Assembly: GCA_038234575.1 (NCBI GenBank) | Contig: JBBQTO010000002.1 | Location: 1 to 51,860 of the forward strand | DNA: 51,860 nt | From: Candidatus Limnocylindrales bacterium | GTDB lineage: Bacteria; Chloroflexota; Limnocylindria; Limnocylindrales; CSP1-4 | Reading direction: 5' to 3' | In this document: one piece after another, positions 29,149 through 38,213 of the stretch | Position numbering within the stretch: position 1 is the first letter of the stretch | Layout: every line of letters begins with the position of its first letter | Translations under genes and position numbers: made by a program | Notes under the pieces: model-generated | Database searches by the model: none | What the model was told of the DNA's origin: nothing | What the model saw: only the letters and a program-made list of their open reading frames with translations

Positions 29149-30054
29149 TCAGCCGGTTGGCCGCGCCGCGAATCTCGCGCGAGCGGCCGGTTCGGCCGAC
29201 GCCGGCAGCAGGACGTCCCAGCGGCGGTCTTCGTCGGCCATCTCGGCTGGGTCCTCACGGGCGCGAAAGAGCAGCACGGGAATCCCGGCCTGCTCGATCT
29301 CGGTGCGCAGCCGGCGCGCCTCGTCGCGGCCGACCGTCGCGAAGACGACCAGCCGGTCGCGCGCGATGGGCGGCTCTCCATTGTTCAGGCCGTGCTGATA
29401 GCCCTCGTCCGCGAGGGCTCGGATGAGCCGGATCTCGCGGCCCATGTCGCGACCCTTGATCCAGAGCGCGGAGCCCACGACCAGGATGTCGACACCGAGC
29501 CCACCCACGAGCTCCGCCGTCTCGCGGTTGACGCCACCGTCGACGTGAACCTCCCCGCCGTGGAGCTTGTGGGCAAGGAGCTCGCGGGCCGGCAGGAGCT
29601 TGGCCCGGGCCGCGTCAGTCATGAAGGACTGGCCCCCGAACCCCGGCTCGACGGTCATCACGGTGACGATGTCGAGGAGCTCGCGAAATGGCTCGAGCGC
29701 CGAGAGCGGCGTCTTCGGCCTGATCGCGAGGCCCGCGGCTCGGCCGGCCTCGCGGATCCGCCGTAGGATCGGCGCGATCGGCTCCGCGATCTCGACGTGG
29801 AACGTCACCGAGTCGCAGCCGGCCTCGAGATATTCGTCGAGATACCGCCCGGGCTCATCGATCATCAGGTGCGCATCGAACGGCAGGCGGGTCCGGCGCC
29901 GAAGCGCCCGGATCGTCCTGGCGCCGAAGGTGAGATTCGGGACGAAGTGGCCGTCCATGACGTCGAGGTGGATCCGATCTGCGCCCTCTCCTTCGGCTCG
30001 CCGAACCGCATTGGCGAGATTGCCGAGGTCGGCGTCAAGGATGCTGACCGCCAC
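29149..30054 (-). CDS. rpe: ribulose-phosphate 3-epimerase with an extra ~83-aa C-terminal domain
   Basis: VAVSILDADLGNL...IHLDVMDGHFVPNLTFG...DAHLM...MTVEPGFGGQSF...VDGGVN. Start set to GTG 30054..30052 (track ORF is 427 aa). The frame continues 83 codons past the usual Rpe end. Confidence 0.88.
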   Translation of the reverse strand: MAVSILDADLGNLANAVRRAEGEGADRIHLDVMDGHFVPNLTFGARTIRALRRRTRLPFDAHLMIDEPGRYLDEYLEAGCDSVTFHVEIAEPIAPILRRIREAGRAAGLAIRPKTPLSALEPFRELLDIVTVMTVEPGFGGQSFMTDAARAKLLPARELLAHKLHGGEVHVDGGVNRETAELVGGLGVDILVVGSALWIKGRDMGREIRLIRALADEGYQHGLNNGEPPIARDRLVVFATVGRDEARRLRTEIEQAGIPVLLFRAREDPAEMADEDRRWDVLLPASAEPAARARFAARPTG

Positions 30055-30179
30055 CCTCGCTCGACCGAGCCCCCGGGCATCAGGCGGCGGCGGGCGGCGA
30101 AGCGAGCGGCTCGCAGGCGAGCGCCGAGCCGCAGCGCCGACCGGCGAGCGACGGGGGGATCGGCGACCGGGTTCGGTGG

Positions 30180-31400
30180 TCAGCTGTCGACTCCTGCCGG
30201 TACGGGCTCTCGGCTTCGCTCGCCTCGAAGGGCCGCCGCGCTGGCCATCTCGAGGCGCTGCCGGCGGCGGGCGACGGCGGGAGCGGCCGGGGCCCCGGCG
30301 CGCTCGGCCGCGAGCTGGCCGCATGCGGCACCCACTTCCTGGCCGCGATTCCGGCGAATCGTGACCGGGATCCCCGCCCCCCGGAGCCGGGCCGCGAAAC
30401 GCTCGATGACAGGCATCGGGCTCGCGGTCCACGGCGTGTGGGCGACGGGATTCATCGGGATGAGGTTGACGTGCGCCAGGTCACCGGCGAGGAGACTCGC
30501 CATTGCATCCGCATCGAGGTCGGTGTCGTTCACGCCGCCGATCATCGTCACCTCGTAGCTCACCCGGCGGCGCGTCGCGCGGGCATGATCGCGGGCAGCG
30601 GCGACGACCTCGCCGACCGGCCAGCGACGGTTGATCGGCACGAGCACGTCGCGGAGGGCGTCGCGCGCCGCGTGGAGGCTGACGGCGAGCGTGAACTGCG
30701 GCCCTAGCGAGGTCAGCCGCCGGATCCCGGGCACGACCCCCGACGTGGACACCGTGATGTGTCGCGCTCCGAGCCCGAACCGATCGGAATCGTTGAGCGC
30801 AGCGATGGCCTCGAGGACGCGATCGAGGTTCAGGAGCGGCTCCCCCATCCCCATGAAGACGACGTTGGTCACCTGGCGGCCGCGCCGCGCCAGCCGGCGA
30901 GCCGCGCTGCGAACCTGGTCGAGGATCTCGGCCGCGTCGAGATCGCGGGCCAATCCGAGCTCGCCGGTGGCACAGAACGGGCAGCCAACCGCACAGCCCC
31001 CCTGGCTCGAGATGCAGAGCGTGTTCCGCTCCCGCCGTCCCGGCAGCGCCGGGTAATGCATCAGCACCGATTCGATCGCGACGCCGTGGGCGAGGCGGTG
31101 GAGCGCCTTCTCGGTGGCTCCTCCGTCAGCCTCTACCAGGTCCTCGTCGACGATCGTGTCCCACCGAAAGGCAGCGTCGATCGCGGCCCGCAATGGCGCG
31201 GGAAGGGTCGCGACATCGACGCCCGCTCGGGCGTCGCTTCGCCAGACCGCGTCCTGGACCTGGCGGGCGCGGAAGGCCGGTTCGCCGCGTTCCTGGAGCC
31301 AAGCAGCCAAATCGTCCGGCGACAGCCCGGCGATTCCCGGACGCGGATCGATCCCGGGACGCGGCTCACGGCTCGGCGCGGTCAGCATGGGTTCGGGCAT
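30180..31400 (-). CDS. rlmN: 23S rRNA/tRNA (adenine-C2)-methyltransferase RlmN (radical SAM)
   Basis: CISSQGGCAVGCPFCATG radical-SAM cluster motif, MGMGEPLLN, and C-terminal GAACGQLA. The start is ATG 31400 or 31388. The track start overlaps fmt. Confidence 0.9.
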   Translation of the reverse strand: MPEPMLTAPSREPRPGIDPRPGIAGLSPDDLAAWLQERGEPAFRARQVQDAVWRSDARAGVDVATLPAPLRAAIDAAFRWDTIVDEDLVEADGGATEKALHRLAHGVAIESVLMHYPALPGRRERNTLCISSQGGCAVGCPFCATGELGLARDLDAAEILDQVRSAARRLARRGRQVTNVVFMGMGEPLLNLDRVLEAIAALNDSDRFGLGARHITVSTSGVVPGIRRLTSLGPQFTLAVSLHAARDALRDVLVPINRRWPVGEVVAAARDHARATRRRVSYEVTMIGGVNDTDLDADAMASLLAGDLAHVNLIPMNPVAHTPWTASPMPVIERFAARLRGAGIPVTIRRNRGQEVGAACGQLAAERAGAPAAPAVARRRQRLEMASAAALRGERSREPVPAGVDS

Positions 31401-31420
31401 TGTCGCATGGGCTCGTGCTG

Positions 31421-32398
31421 TCACCGCCCGATTACCGTGGCCCCGATGGCCTCCGGATGCCCGTGCCGCCACGCCTCGCCGGACATCCGGCGCCCACCGG
31501 CGGGCTGAACCTCGAGCAAGCGAATCCGACCATCGACCGTGGCGATCGCAATCCCCGCGCCGTCCTCAACGAGAGTTCCGGGACGATCCCCGGGCTCCGT
31601 CGGCCCCACATCCGCGCGCTGGATCGCGACGCGTCCAAGGCCGATTTCAACGAATGTCCCGGGCCACGGCAGGTACGCGCGGACGCGCCGTTCGAGCGCG
31701 GCTGCCGGCGTTCCGCCGTCGAGCCGACCGTCCTCGCGCCGGAGCGGACGGGTCAGTGTGGCGCCGGCCTCGTGCTGTGGCCGGGGCACGAGGCGGCCTG
31801 CCAGCCAATCTGGCAGCGACGCGAGCAGGAGCGCCGCCGCCTCGGTCGCCGCCCTCGCCTCGAGATCCGGGGCCGTCTCGGTCCCGGTGAGCGGCCACGC
31901 CACTGCCGCCACGGTGGGGCCGGTGTCGAGCCCGGCATTCATCGCCATAAGGGTGACACCCGCCCGGGGATCGTCGGCGAGAATCGTCGCCGAGATCGGC
32001 GAAGCCCCACGATGGCGCGGCAAAAGCGACGGGTGCAGGTTCAGGAATCCCTTCCCCGGGATGGCGAGCGCCGCCGGCGGGACGATCCGGCCGTAGTCTG
32101 CGAGCACGGCGACGGCCGGCGCGAGGGCGGTGAGCACGTCGACGACGGCCGCGTCGCGCAGGCTGGCGGGCTGCAGGATCGGCAGGTCATGGACCCGCGC
32201 CCGGGCGGCGACCGGCACCGGGCCCAGGGCGCCTCGCCGACCCGCGGGCCGGTCGGGGGACGTCACGACCGCGACGACGTTCGTCCCGGGCATGTCGACA
32301 AGCGCGTCGAGGATGGGGACGCCAAACGCCCCGGAGCCGAAGAAGATCGTCCGTACCGGCTCCCCAGGCCGACCATCGCCCGCCGGCGACGATGTCAC
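31421..32398 (-). CDS. fmt: methionyl-tRNA formyltransferase
   Basis: RTIFFGSGAFGVPILDAL...VVTSPDRPAGRG...LNLHPSLLPRHRGASPI. GTG 32398..32396 overlaps the def stop (GTGA). The track ORF is 121 codons longer. Confidence 0.9.
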   Translation of the reverse strand: MTSSPAGDGRPGEPVRTIFFGSGAFGVPILDALVDMPGTNVVAVVTSPDRPAGRRGALGPVPVAARARVHDLPILQPASLRDAAVVDVLTALAPAVAVLADYGRIVPPAALAIPGKGFLNLHPSLLPRHRGASPISATILADDPRAGVTLMAMNAGLDTGPTVAAVAWPLTGTETAPDLEARAATEAAALLLASLPDWLAGRLVPRPQHEAGATLTRPLRREDGRLDGGTPAAALERRVRAYLPWPGTFVEIGLGRVAIQRADVGPTEPGDRPGTLVEDGAGIAIATVDGRIRLLEVQPAGGRRMSGEAWRHGHPEAIGATVIGR

Positions 32399-32934
32399 GC
32401 GAGCGCCGGCGTCCGCACCCGCATGCCGTCGGTCGCTCCGTCGCCGTCCTCGTCCTCGTCGTCGCCGAAACGGCCGACGGGGATCAGGTCGTCCATGGAT
32501 TCGAGATAGTCGATGTAGAGCTTGCCGGCGAGGTGGTCGAGCTCGTGCTGGAAGGCCCGACCGAGCAACCCCGAGCCGGAGACCTTGATGTTCCGTCCCC
32601 GGCGGTCCTGGGCGACGACCCAGACTCGTTCGCGCCGCGTGACGTAGGCCGCGTATCCCGGGATCGACAGGCAGCCTTCGAGGTCGCGGTCGTCGCCGAC
32701 CGAGCGAACGATCTCCGGGTTGACGAGCTCGTACAACCGGTTCTCGACCTCGATCACGCACGCGGCGAGCTGCTCACCGATCTGGGGCGCCGCGAGGCCG
32801 ACGCCCGGGGCGTCGCGCATCGTGTGCGCCAGGTCGTCGAGGAGGCTGTGCAGGAGACGCCCGAAGGTTTCGACGGGCAGCCCCTTCATTCGGAGCCGGG
32901 GGTCACCCAGGAGCACGATCGGTCGAACGCTCAC
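32395..32934 (-). CDS. def: peptide deformylase with an acidic C-terminal tail
   Basis: GVGLAAPQIG, EGCLSIPG and QHELDHL metal-site motifs. GTG start at 32934. Confidence 0.92.
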   Translation of the reverse strand: MSVRPIVLLGDPRLRMKGLPVETFGRLLHSLLDDLAHTMRDAPGVGLAAPQIGEQLAACVIEVENRLYELVNPEIVRSVGDDRDLEGCLSIPGYAAYVTRRERVWVVAQDRRGRNIKVSGSGLLGRAFQHELDHLAGKLYIDYLESMDDLIPVGRFGDDEDEDGDGATDGMRVRTPALA

Positions 32935-32941
32935 CGGCCGG

Positions 32942-32947
32942 AGTATA
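32942..32947 (-). promoter_or_regulatory. candidate -10 (TATACT) 7 nt upstream of the def GTG (predicted leaderless)
   Basis: TATACT-ccggccg-GTG. No Shine-Dalgarno sequence fits in the gap. Confidence 0.35.
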
Positions 32948-32992
32948 CGAGGCGCAGGCGGGCCTCCCGGACCGCTCGAATTGCGCGCTGGG

Positions 32993-33406
32993 TCAGTGAA
33001 CGCCGGCGGCGGTCGGCGGCTCGTCGGCGGTCACGGATGCGTCGCCGGAGGTCGTCTCGTCGATCGCCGGCTGGTCCCGTCGGAGCTCGGCGGCGAAATC
33101 GCGCGAGCGCTCGGCGAGCTTCTGGCCCGCTTGGCCGGTGACCTCGGCGGCCTTCTGGGCCACCGGGCCGGCCTTGTCCCCGGCGATTGCCGCCAGCTCG
33201 GCCGCCTTGGCACCGATCTCCCGGATCACCGGCGCAGCCTGCGTGGTGACCTGCTCGATCATGGACTGGAGCTGGCTCACCCACTCGCGTCCCTGGCCGC
33301 TCGCGCCCGCCGTGTTGGACTCCGGCTCGGCGCTCCAGGCGAACGTCTCGTCGGCGGCCGTGGTCTTCGTGTCGCTGGGTTCGTCGTGGCGCGTGTTGTC
33401 GGTCAT
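32993..33406 (-). CDS. hypothetical Ala-rich amphipathic-helix protein
   Basis: 137 aa, ATG start with GAGGAGAGAG Shine-Dalgarno. Acidic, unstructured-looking ends and a central helical stretch (WVSQLQSMIEQVTTQAAPVIREIGAKAAELAAIAGDKAGPVAQKAAEVTGQAGQKLAERS). No family recognised. Confidence 0.6.
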   Translation of the reverse strand: MTDNTRHDEPSDTKTTAADETFAWSAEPESNTAGASGQGREWVSQLQSMIEQVTTQAAPVIREIGAKAAELAAIAGDKAGPVAQKAAEVTGQAGQKLAERSRDFAAELRRDQPAIDETTSGDASVTADEPPTAAGVH

Positions 33407-33438
33407 GTGGCTCTCTCCTCGGGGCTGCTGGTCCGTCG

Positions 33439-33444
33439 ATCCTA
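33439..33444 (-). promoter_or_regulatory. candidate -10 (TAGGAT) for the 137-aa hypothetical gene
   Basis: Lies in the 81-nt priA-hypothetical spacer, ~30 nt upstream of the ATG, with a GAGGAGAGAG Shine-Dalgarno in between. Confidence 0.3.
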
Positions 33445-33487
33445 CGTCGGCGAGCGAGATCCGGCATGAGCAGCGTCCGACGTAACG

Positions 33488-36019
33488 TCACAACAGCGAT
33501 TCCGGGTCGACATCGACCGACCATGGCGGGGCGGGCGGTTCCCCGAGGACGGCAGCGGGGTCGTGGCCCCGAAGCACGACATTGAAGCGCCATCGCTCAG
33601 CCCGGCGTGCGATGAACGCCGGCGCAGGCCCGGCGACGTCGATGGTGCCGCCGCCGGCCGCCTGGCCCCGCGCGGCCCCCCGACCCCGAAGCGCCTCCGC
33701 GAGCTCTTCCGCGGCGGCTTCGGCCGCGTCGCGATCCGGCAATGCGACGGTCAGCTTGATGACGCGGCCGAAAGGTGGGGACCCGAACCGGCGCCGCAAT
33801 TCCAGCTCGGCATCGTAGAACGCGTTCGCGTCGCCGGTCGTGACGGCGACGATCGCTGGATGCTCGGGCTGGTACGTCTGGATGAACGCGTGCCCGGGCC
33901 GCTCGCCGCGACCCGCCCGGCCGACCGCCTGGGCCAGCAGCTGGTACGTCCGCTCCGAGGCTCGCTCGTCCGGCAGGTTCAGCGCGACATCGGCGGAGAC
34001 GACGCCGACGACGGTCACCGAGGGCACATCGAGGCCCTTCGTCACGAGACTCGTTCCCACCAGGACGTCGAGCCGGCCGTCGGCGAACGCATCCAGAACC
34101 TGCGTCGCGGCGCCCTTACGCTCGACGACGTCGCGATCGAGCCGGCCGACCCGGAGCCCCGGGAACCGCTCCCGCACCTCGCGCTCCACGCGTTCTGTTC
34201 CGCCACCCAGGTAGCGAATCCGGGCCGACCTGCAGTTCGGACAGCGGCTCGCGAGGGGCGTGGCCCGGCCGCAGTGGTGGCAGCGCAGGGTCACGCCGGC
34301 GTGGTGGTAGACGAGCGGCCGGGTGCACTCGGGGCAGGCCTGGACGTGGCCGCAATCGCGACACAGAACCACCGAGGCCGTCCCGCGGCGATTGATCGTC
34401 AGGATCGCCTGCTCGCCGGACTTAATCCCGGCCAGGGCGGCCACCAGCGGTCGCGAGAGCATGCCGAGGTTGCCGGCCGCGAGCTCGGCCCGGAGATCCA
34501 CGACCTCGACGATCGGCGGCTCGCCGCTCATCCGGACCGGCAGGCTGAAGCGACGGTAGGCGCCGTCGCGGGCGCGACCTTCCGATTCGACGGACGGCGT
34601 CGCCGAGCCGAGGATGACAGGGGCTCGGGCGAGCCGACCCAGCTCGATCGCGAGGTCGCGCGCCTGGATCCGCGGCGTTCGATCGCTCTTGTACGCCGGG
34701 TCGTGCTCCTCGTCGACGATCACGAGACCCACGTCCTTGATCGGGGCGAGGACCGCCAGGCGAGTCCCGACGATCACGTCAACGTCGCCGCCGCGGATGC
34801 GCCGCCACTCGTCGGCCCGCTCGCCCTCGCCGAGGCCGCTGTGGATGATCGCGACACGAGCGTCGAGGTCAGCGCGCAGACGGTCGACCAGGGGCATCGC
34901 GAGCGCGATCTCCGGGACCAGGACGAGGCCGGGCCGGCCCGCGTCGAGCACGGTCGCGAGCGCCTCGGAGTAGATCGCGGTCTTGCCGCCGCCGGTGATC
35001 CCGTCGAGCAGGATCGGCTCCGGATCGTTCGTCGCGATGGCCCGCCGAATGGCCTCGAGCGCCTCCGCCTGTTCGGGGCTGATCTCGGTCCCCGCCGGGC
35101 GTCCGCCGCGCCGACCGGGCTGGCGTCCGGCGAGCGGTCGCCGTGCGACCTCCCGGGCATCGACCTGCACCAGCCCGCGACGAGCGAGGCTGGCGACCGT
35201 CGAGCCACCGTGGCGCTCGGCGAGGGTCGGAGCCGGGATCCCTTCGGGTCCGGCGTCCGCGAGGTCGGCCAACGCTGCGAGCTGGCGAGGGCCGAGGCGG
35301 CGGTCGCCGCCCGCTTCGGCAGCTGGCGCGAGCCGGACCTGCCGGACGTAGCGCGGTCCCACGCCCGACGCGAGGAGCGTCCAGTCAAGGTCGATCGCCC
35401 CTCGGGCCTGGAGAGCGCGGAGGCGCCGCAGCAATGCCGGCCGGCCCTCTGGCGCCTGGAGGCGGCGGACGGTCCGCGGTCCCTCGCCAAGGGCCTCGAG
35501 GAGGTCGCGATCGGCTGCATCCATATCGGCCGCATCGAGGTCGGCCGCATCGAGGTCGGCCCCGTCCCCGTCGCCTTGACCGCGCCTCGGCGCTTCGCCC
35601 GGCCGGCGCTCGGCGACCAGCTCGAGCCGTTCGAGGAGGCCGGGCGGCAGCATCGCCCGCAGGGTCAATGCCGGGGGCGCGAGGTAGTGATCCGAGATCC
35701 AGGCGGCAAGGCGCATGCCGAGCTGCGGCAGCAACGGCCCATCGGCCCGGATGCGCTCGAGGATGGGCTTGGTCTCGAGCCCCGCCTCCGCCACGGGCGC
35801 TGGCCCGAGGACGATCCCGATCGCCTGGCGCCGGCCGAACTCGACGAGCACCGCCTCGCCCGGCTCCAGCGGGGCCAGCCGGGCGGGCACGTGATATGTG
35901 AACGCCCGCGCGCCACCCGCGCCGGCCCCGTCGACCGCGACCGCGACCCGCGGCGGCGCCCCGACTTCCGTGTCGGGCCAGGCGGCGATGGCCTTGCCGG
36001 TCATGGGCTCGCCGGTCAT
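33488..36019 (-). CDS. priA: primosomal protein N' (replication restart helicase PriA)
   Basis: LLDGITGGGKTAIY (Walker A), VIVDEEHD, Cys-rich zinc region (CRDCGHVQACPECTRPLVYHHAGVTLRCHHCG...CPNC), GTSLVTKGLD. The start is ATG 36019 or 36004. Confidence 0.9.
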   Translation of the reverse strand: MTGEPMTGKAIAAWPDTEVGAPPRVAVAVDGAGAGGARAFTYHVPARLAPLEPGEAVLVEFGRRQAIGIVLGPAPVAEAGLETKPILERIRADGPLLPQLGMRLAAWISDHYLAPPALTLRAMLPPGLLERLELVAERRPGEAPRRGQGDGDGADLDAADLDAADMDAADRDLLEALGEGPRTVRRLQAPEGRPALLRRLRALQARGAIDLDWTLLASGVGPRYVRQVRLAPAAEAGGDRRLGPRQLAALADLADAGPEGIPAPTLAERHGGSTVASLARRGLVQVDAREVARRPLAGRQPGRRGGRPAGTEISPEQAEALEAIRRAIATNDPEPILLDGITGGGKTAIYSEALATVLDAGRPGLVLVPEIALAMPLVDRLRADLDARVAIIHSGLGEGERADEWRRIRGGDVDVIVGTRLAVLAPIKDVGLVIVDEEHDPAYKSDRTPRIQARDLAIELGRLARAPVILGSATPSVESEGRARDGAYRRFSLPVRMSGEPPIVEVVDLRAELAAGNLGMLSRPLVAALAGIKSGEQAILTINRRGTASVVLCRDCGHVQACPECTRPLVYHHAGVTLRCHHCGRATPLASRCPNCRSARIRYLGGGTERVEREVRERFPGLRVGRLDRDVVERKGAATQVLDAFADGRLDVLVGTSLVTKGLDVPSVTVVGVVSADVALNLPDERASERTYQLLAQAVGRAGRGERPGHAFIQTYQPEHPAIVAVTTGDANAFYDAELELRRRFGSPPFGRVIKLTVALPDRDAAEAAAEELAEALRGRGAARGQAAGGGTIDVAGPAPAFIARRAERWRFNVVLRGHDPAAVLGEPPAPPWSVDVDPESLL
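35517..35561. repeat. three tandem 15-bp units inside priA
   Basis: Units are gcatccatatcggcc, gcatcgaggtcggcc and gcatcgaggtcggcc. They encode DLDAADLDAADMDAA. Confidence 0.9.
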
Positions 36020-36031
36020 GGGCTCGTCGCC
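36002..36031. repeat. two tandem 15-bp units at the priA start
   Basis: Units are catgggctcgccggt and catgggctcgtcgcc. They duplicate the ATG and encode MTGEP-MTGK. Confidence 0.85.
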
Positions 36032-36047
36032 GGGACCGCCGCGGGCC

Positions 36048-36692
36048 TCAGACCCGGGTCCGTCGGTCCGGGTTGGCGGCGATCTCGGCGCGGATGATCT
36101 CGTCGACCCGGGCCGCGGTTCGCTCGACCTGGCCCGTTTCATTCACCACCACGTAGTCGTAGTCCTTCTGGCGGGCCAGCTCGAGAGCTGCGTTGCGCTG
36201 TCGGGTGTCGAGCTCGTCGGCGGTCTCGGTGGCGCGGGCCTGAAGGCGACCGAACAGGTCCTCGTCGGACGGCGCGACCAGGAACACGAGGAGCGCCTCG
36301 GGGACCTTCTGCTTGATGACCGCCGCGCCCTGGACGTCGATCTTCAGGATCACGCTGTCCCCGCGCTGAAGGGCGGCGCGAACATCGTCGCGGGGCGTTC
36401 CGTACCAGTGACCGTGGACCTCATTCGCCTCGAGCAAGCCGCCGGCGTCGCGGAGCCGACGGAACTCCTCCGGCTCGAGGAAGTGGTAGTGGACGCCGTC
36501 GGCCTCGTACGGGCGACGCGGCCGGGTCGTGCAGGTGACGACGTAGCGATAGTGGGCCGCCGCGGGGAGCCGCCGGAGCGCCTCGATGACCGTGTCCTTG
36601 CCAACCCCCGACGGCCCCGAGACGATCACGAGCAAAGCCCCAGGCGCGCCCGGGCCGTCGGGATTCGCGATGGTGGGATCCTCGGCTGTCAC
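36048..36692 (-). CDS. gmk: guanylate kinase
   Basis: LLVIVSGPSGVGKDTV, TTRPRRPYEADGVHYHF and ANEVHGHWYGT motifs. The GTG start overlaps the rluD stop (GTGA). Confidence 0.92.
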   Translation of the reverse strand: MTAEDPTIANPDGPGAPGALLVIVSGPSGVGKDTVIEALRRLPAAAHYRYVVTCTTRPRRPYEADGVHYHFLEPEEFRRLRDAGGLLEANEVHGHWYGTPRDDVRAALQRGDSVILKIDVQGAAVIKQKVPEALLVFLVAPSDEDLFGRLQARATETADELDTRQRNAALELARQKDYDYVVVNETGQVERTAARVDEIIRAEIAANPDRRTRV

Positions 36693-37675
36693 GCGAGCCC
36701 GCGCCTCGGGTCACGCAGGCGCTCGAGGACGCGCTCGAGCTCGGCCGGCAGGGCCGCCTCGGCTCGAATGATCCGGCCCGTGCTCGGTGAGGTGAGCTCG
36801 ATGCGCCAGGAGTGCAGGAAGAGGCGAGCGAGCCCATCCGGCCCGCGTCTCGACGTCCCGGTGCCGTAGAGCGGATCCGCCGCAACGGGGTGGCCGATCG
36901 CGTCGAGGTGGACCCGGATCTGATGCGTCCGCCCGGTGACGAGGTCCAGGTCCAGCAGCGTCCAGCCGTCGAACCGTTCGCGGACCCGGTAGCCCGTCGT
37001 GGCCGCGCGACCGTCTGGCACCACGCCCATCCGGGTCCGGTGCTTCGGGTCTCGCCCGATCGGCGCCTCGATCCGTCCGACCGCCGCCGACACGGAGCCC
37101 TGGACCAGCGCGAGGTAGGTCTTCTTGACCCGTCGCGCCTTCAACTGGTGCATCAGCGAAGCCTGGGCAAGGTCGTGGCGAGCGACCATGAGAAGTCCGC
37201 TCGTGTCGCGATCGAGGCGATGGACGATGCCCGGACGCCGGACGCCGGCGATGCCCCCGAAGGCCGCGCCGCCGTCGCGTCCCAGGAGGGCGTTGACGAG
37301 CGTGCCGCTCTGGTGGCCCGGCGCGGGATGCACCACGAGCCCTGCGGGCTTGTCGACGATGATGAGGTCGTCGTCCTCGTAGACCACCGTAACCGGAATA
37401 TCGGGCTCTGGCTGCGGTGTCGGCGCCTCCGGCGGTGGCACGTCCAGCGTCAGCACCGTGCCCCCGGGGACGATCGTGTTCGCCTTGAGCGGACGGTCGC
37501 CAGCCGAGAGGCGACCCTCACCGATGAGCTTCTGGACGTGGCTTCGCGTCAGCCCGGTGAGATCGGCGGCGAACCGGTCGGCGCGGCCCGGTCGCGCCTC
37601 GGCCGGCACGGTGACCGTTCGCACGTCCGCGGCGACATTCGCGGCGGCGTCCAATCCGGGTTCCGTTTCAGCCAT
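36689..37675 (-). CDS. rluD: RluA-family 23S rRNA pseudouridine synthase (RluD-like)
   Basis: N-terminal S4-like domain, HRLDRDTSGLLMVA catalytic motif, and TGRTHQIRVH. Confidence 0.88.
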   Translation of the reverse strand: MAETEPGLDAAANVAADVRTVTVPAEARPGRADRFAADLTGLTRSHVQKLIGEGRLSAGDRPLKANTIVPGGTVLTLDVPPPEAPTPQPEPDIPVTVVYEDDDLIIVDKPAGLVVHPAPGHQSGTLVNALLGRDGGAAFGGIAGVRRPGIVHRLDRDTSGLLMVARHDLAQASLMHQLKARRVKKTYLALVQGSVSAAVGRIEAPIGRDPKHRTRMGVVPDGRAATTGYRVRERFDGWTLLDLDLVTGRTHQIRVHLDAIGHPVAADPLYGTGTSRRGPDGLARLFLHSWRIELTSPSTGRIIRAEAALPAELERVLERLRDPRRGLA

Positions 37676-38213
37676 CCTCGGCGGCCTGTGCGGCGGCGCG
37701 CCCGCCGGGGTTCCAGGCCGTCAAGGCCGGTCGCACTGACGCCGCGATCAACAGGAGGATCGCCAGGCTGATCGCCGCGTCGGCCACGTTGAAGGTGTAC
37801 CACCGGACGCCGCCGATCCCGGCATCGACGAAATCGACGACGTAGCCGAGGCGGACGCGATCGATCAGGTTCCCGATCGCGCCGCCGAGCAGCAGCCCCA
37901 GCGTGAGCGTCAGGTAGGCGCTCCGCCCCGATCGCGCGTGATAGAGGACGATCAACCCGATCACGACCAGCGAGAGGGCCGCGAACGGCAAGGCCTGGCC
38001 GCGCAGGAGCCCGAACAAGCCGCCGCTGTTCTGGGAGTTCACCAGGCGAACGAGGTCGCCGGCAACGGCCACGGACTCGCCGGGCTGGAGGATCGAGACC
38101 AGCCACGCCTTGGTCAGCTGGTCCGCGGCCACGATCAGGACCGCGAGGCCGGCGAACGGAAGCCACAGGGGTCGCCCGGTCGACATGATGGCGCTGCTGG
38201 GTCCTGCCGTCAC
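37668..38213 (-). CDS. lspA: lipoprotein signal peptidase II
   Basis: 181 aa, four TM segments. ...VNSQNSGGLFG... and ...VVDFVDAGIGGVRWYTFNVADAAI. Follows ileS as usual. Confidence 0.88.
   Translation of the reverse strand: MTAGPSSAIMSTGRPLWLPFAGLAVLIVAADQLTKAWLVSILQPGESVAVAGDLVRLVNSQNSGGLFGLLRGQALPFAALSLVVIGLIVLYHARSGRSAYLTLTLGLLLGGAIGNLIDRVRLGYVVDFVDAGIGGVRWYTFNVADAAISLAILLLIAASVRPALTAWNPGGRAAAQAAEDG

Noticed and set aside
33563-36097. 844-aa plus-strand ORF antisense to priA. Similar long antisense ORFs occur at 25763-27748, 24080-25672, 38849-40828, 43652-45907, 45947-47575 and 47777-49324.
   Set aside because: All overlap well-supported conserved genes on the other strand. All have low-complexity Arg/Pro/Gly-rich translations. 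Absence of stop codons in antisense frames is expected with a strong GC3 bias.
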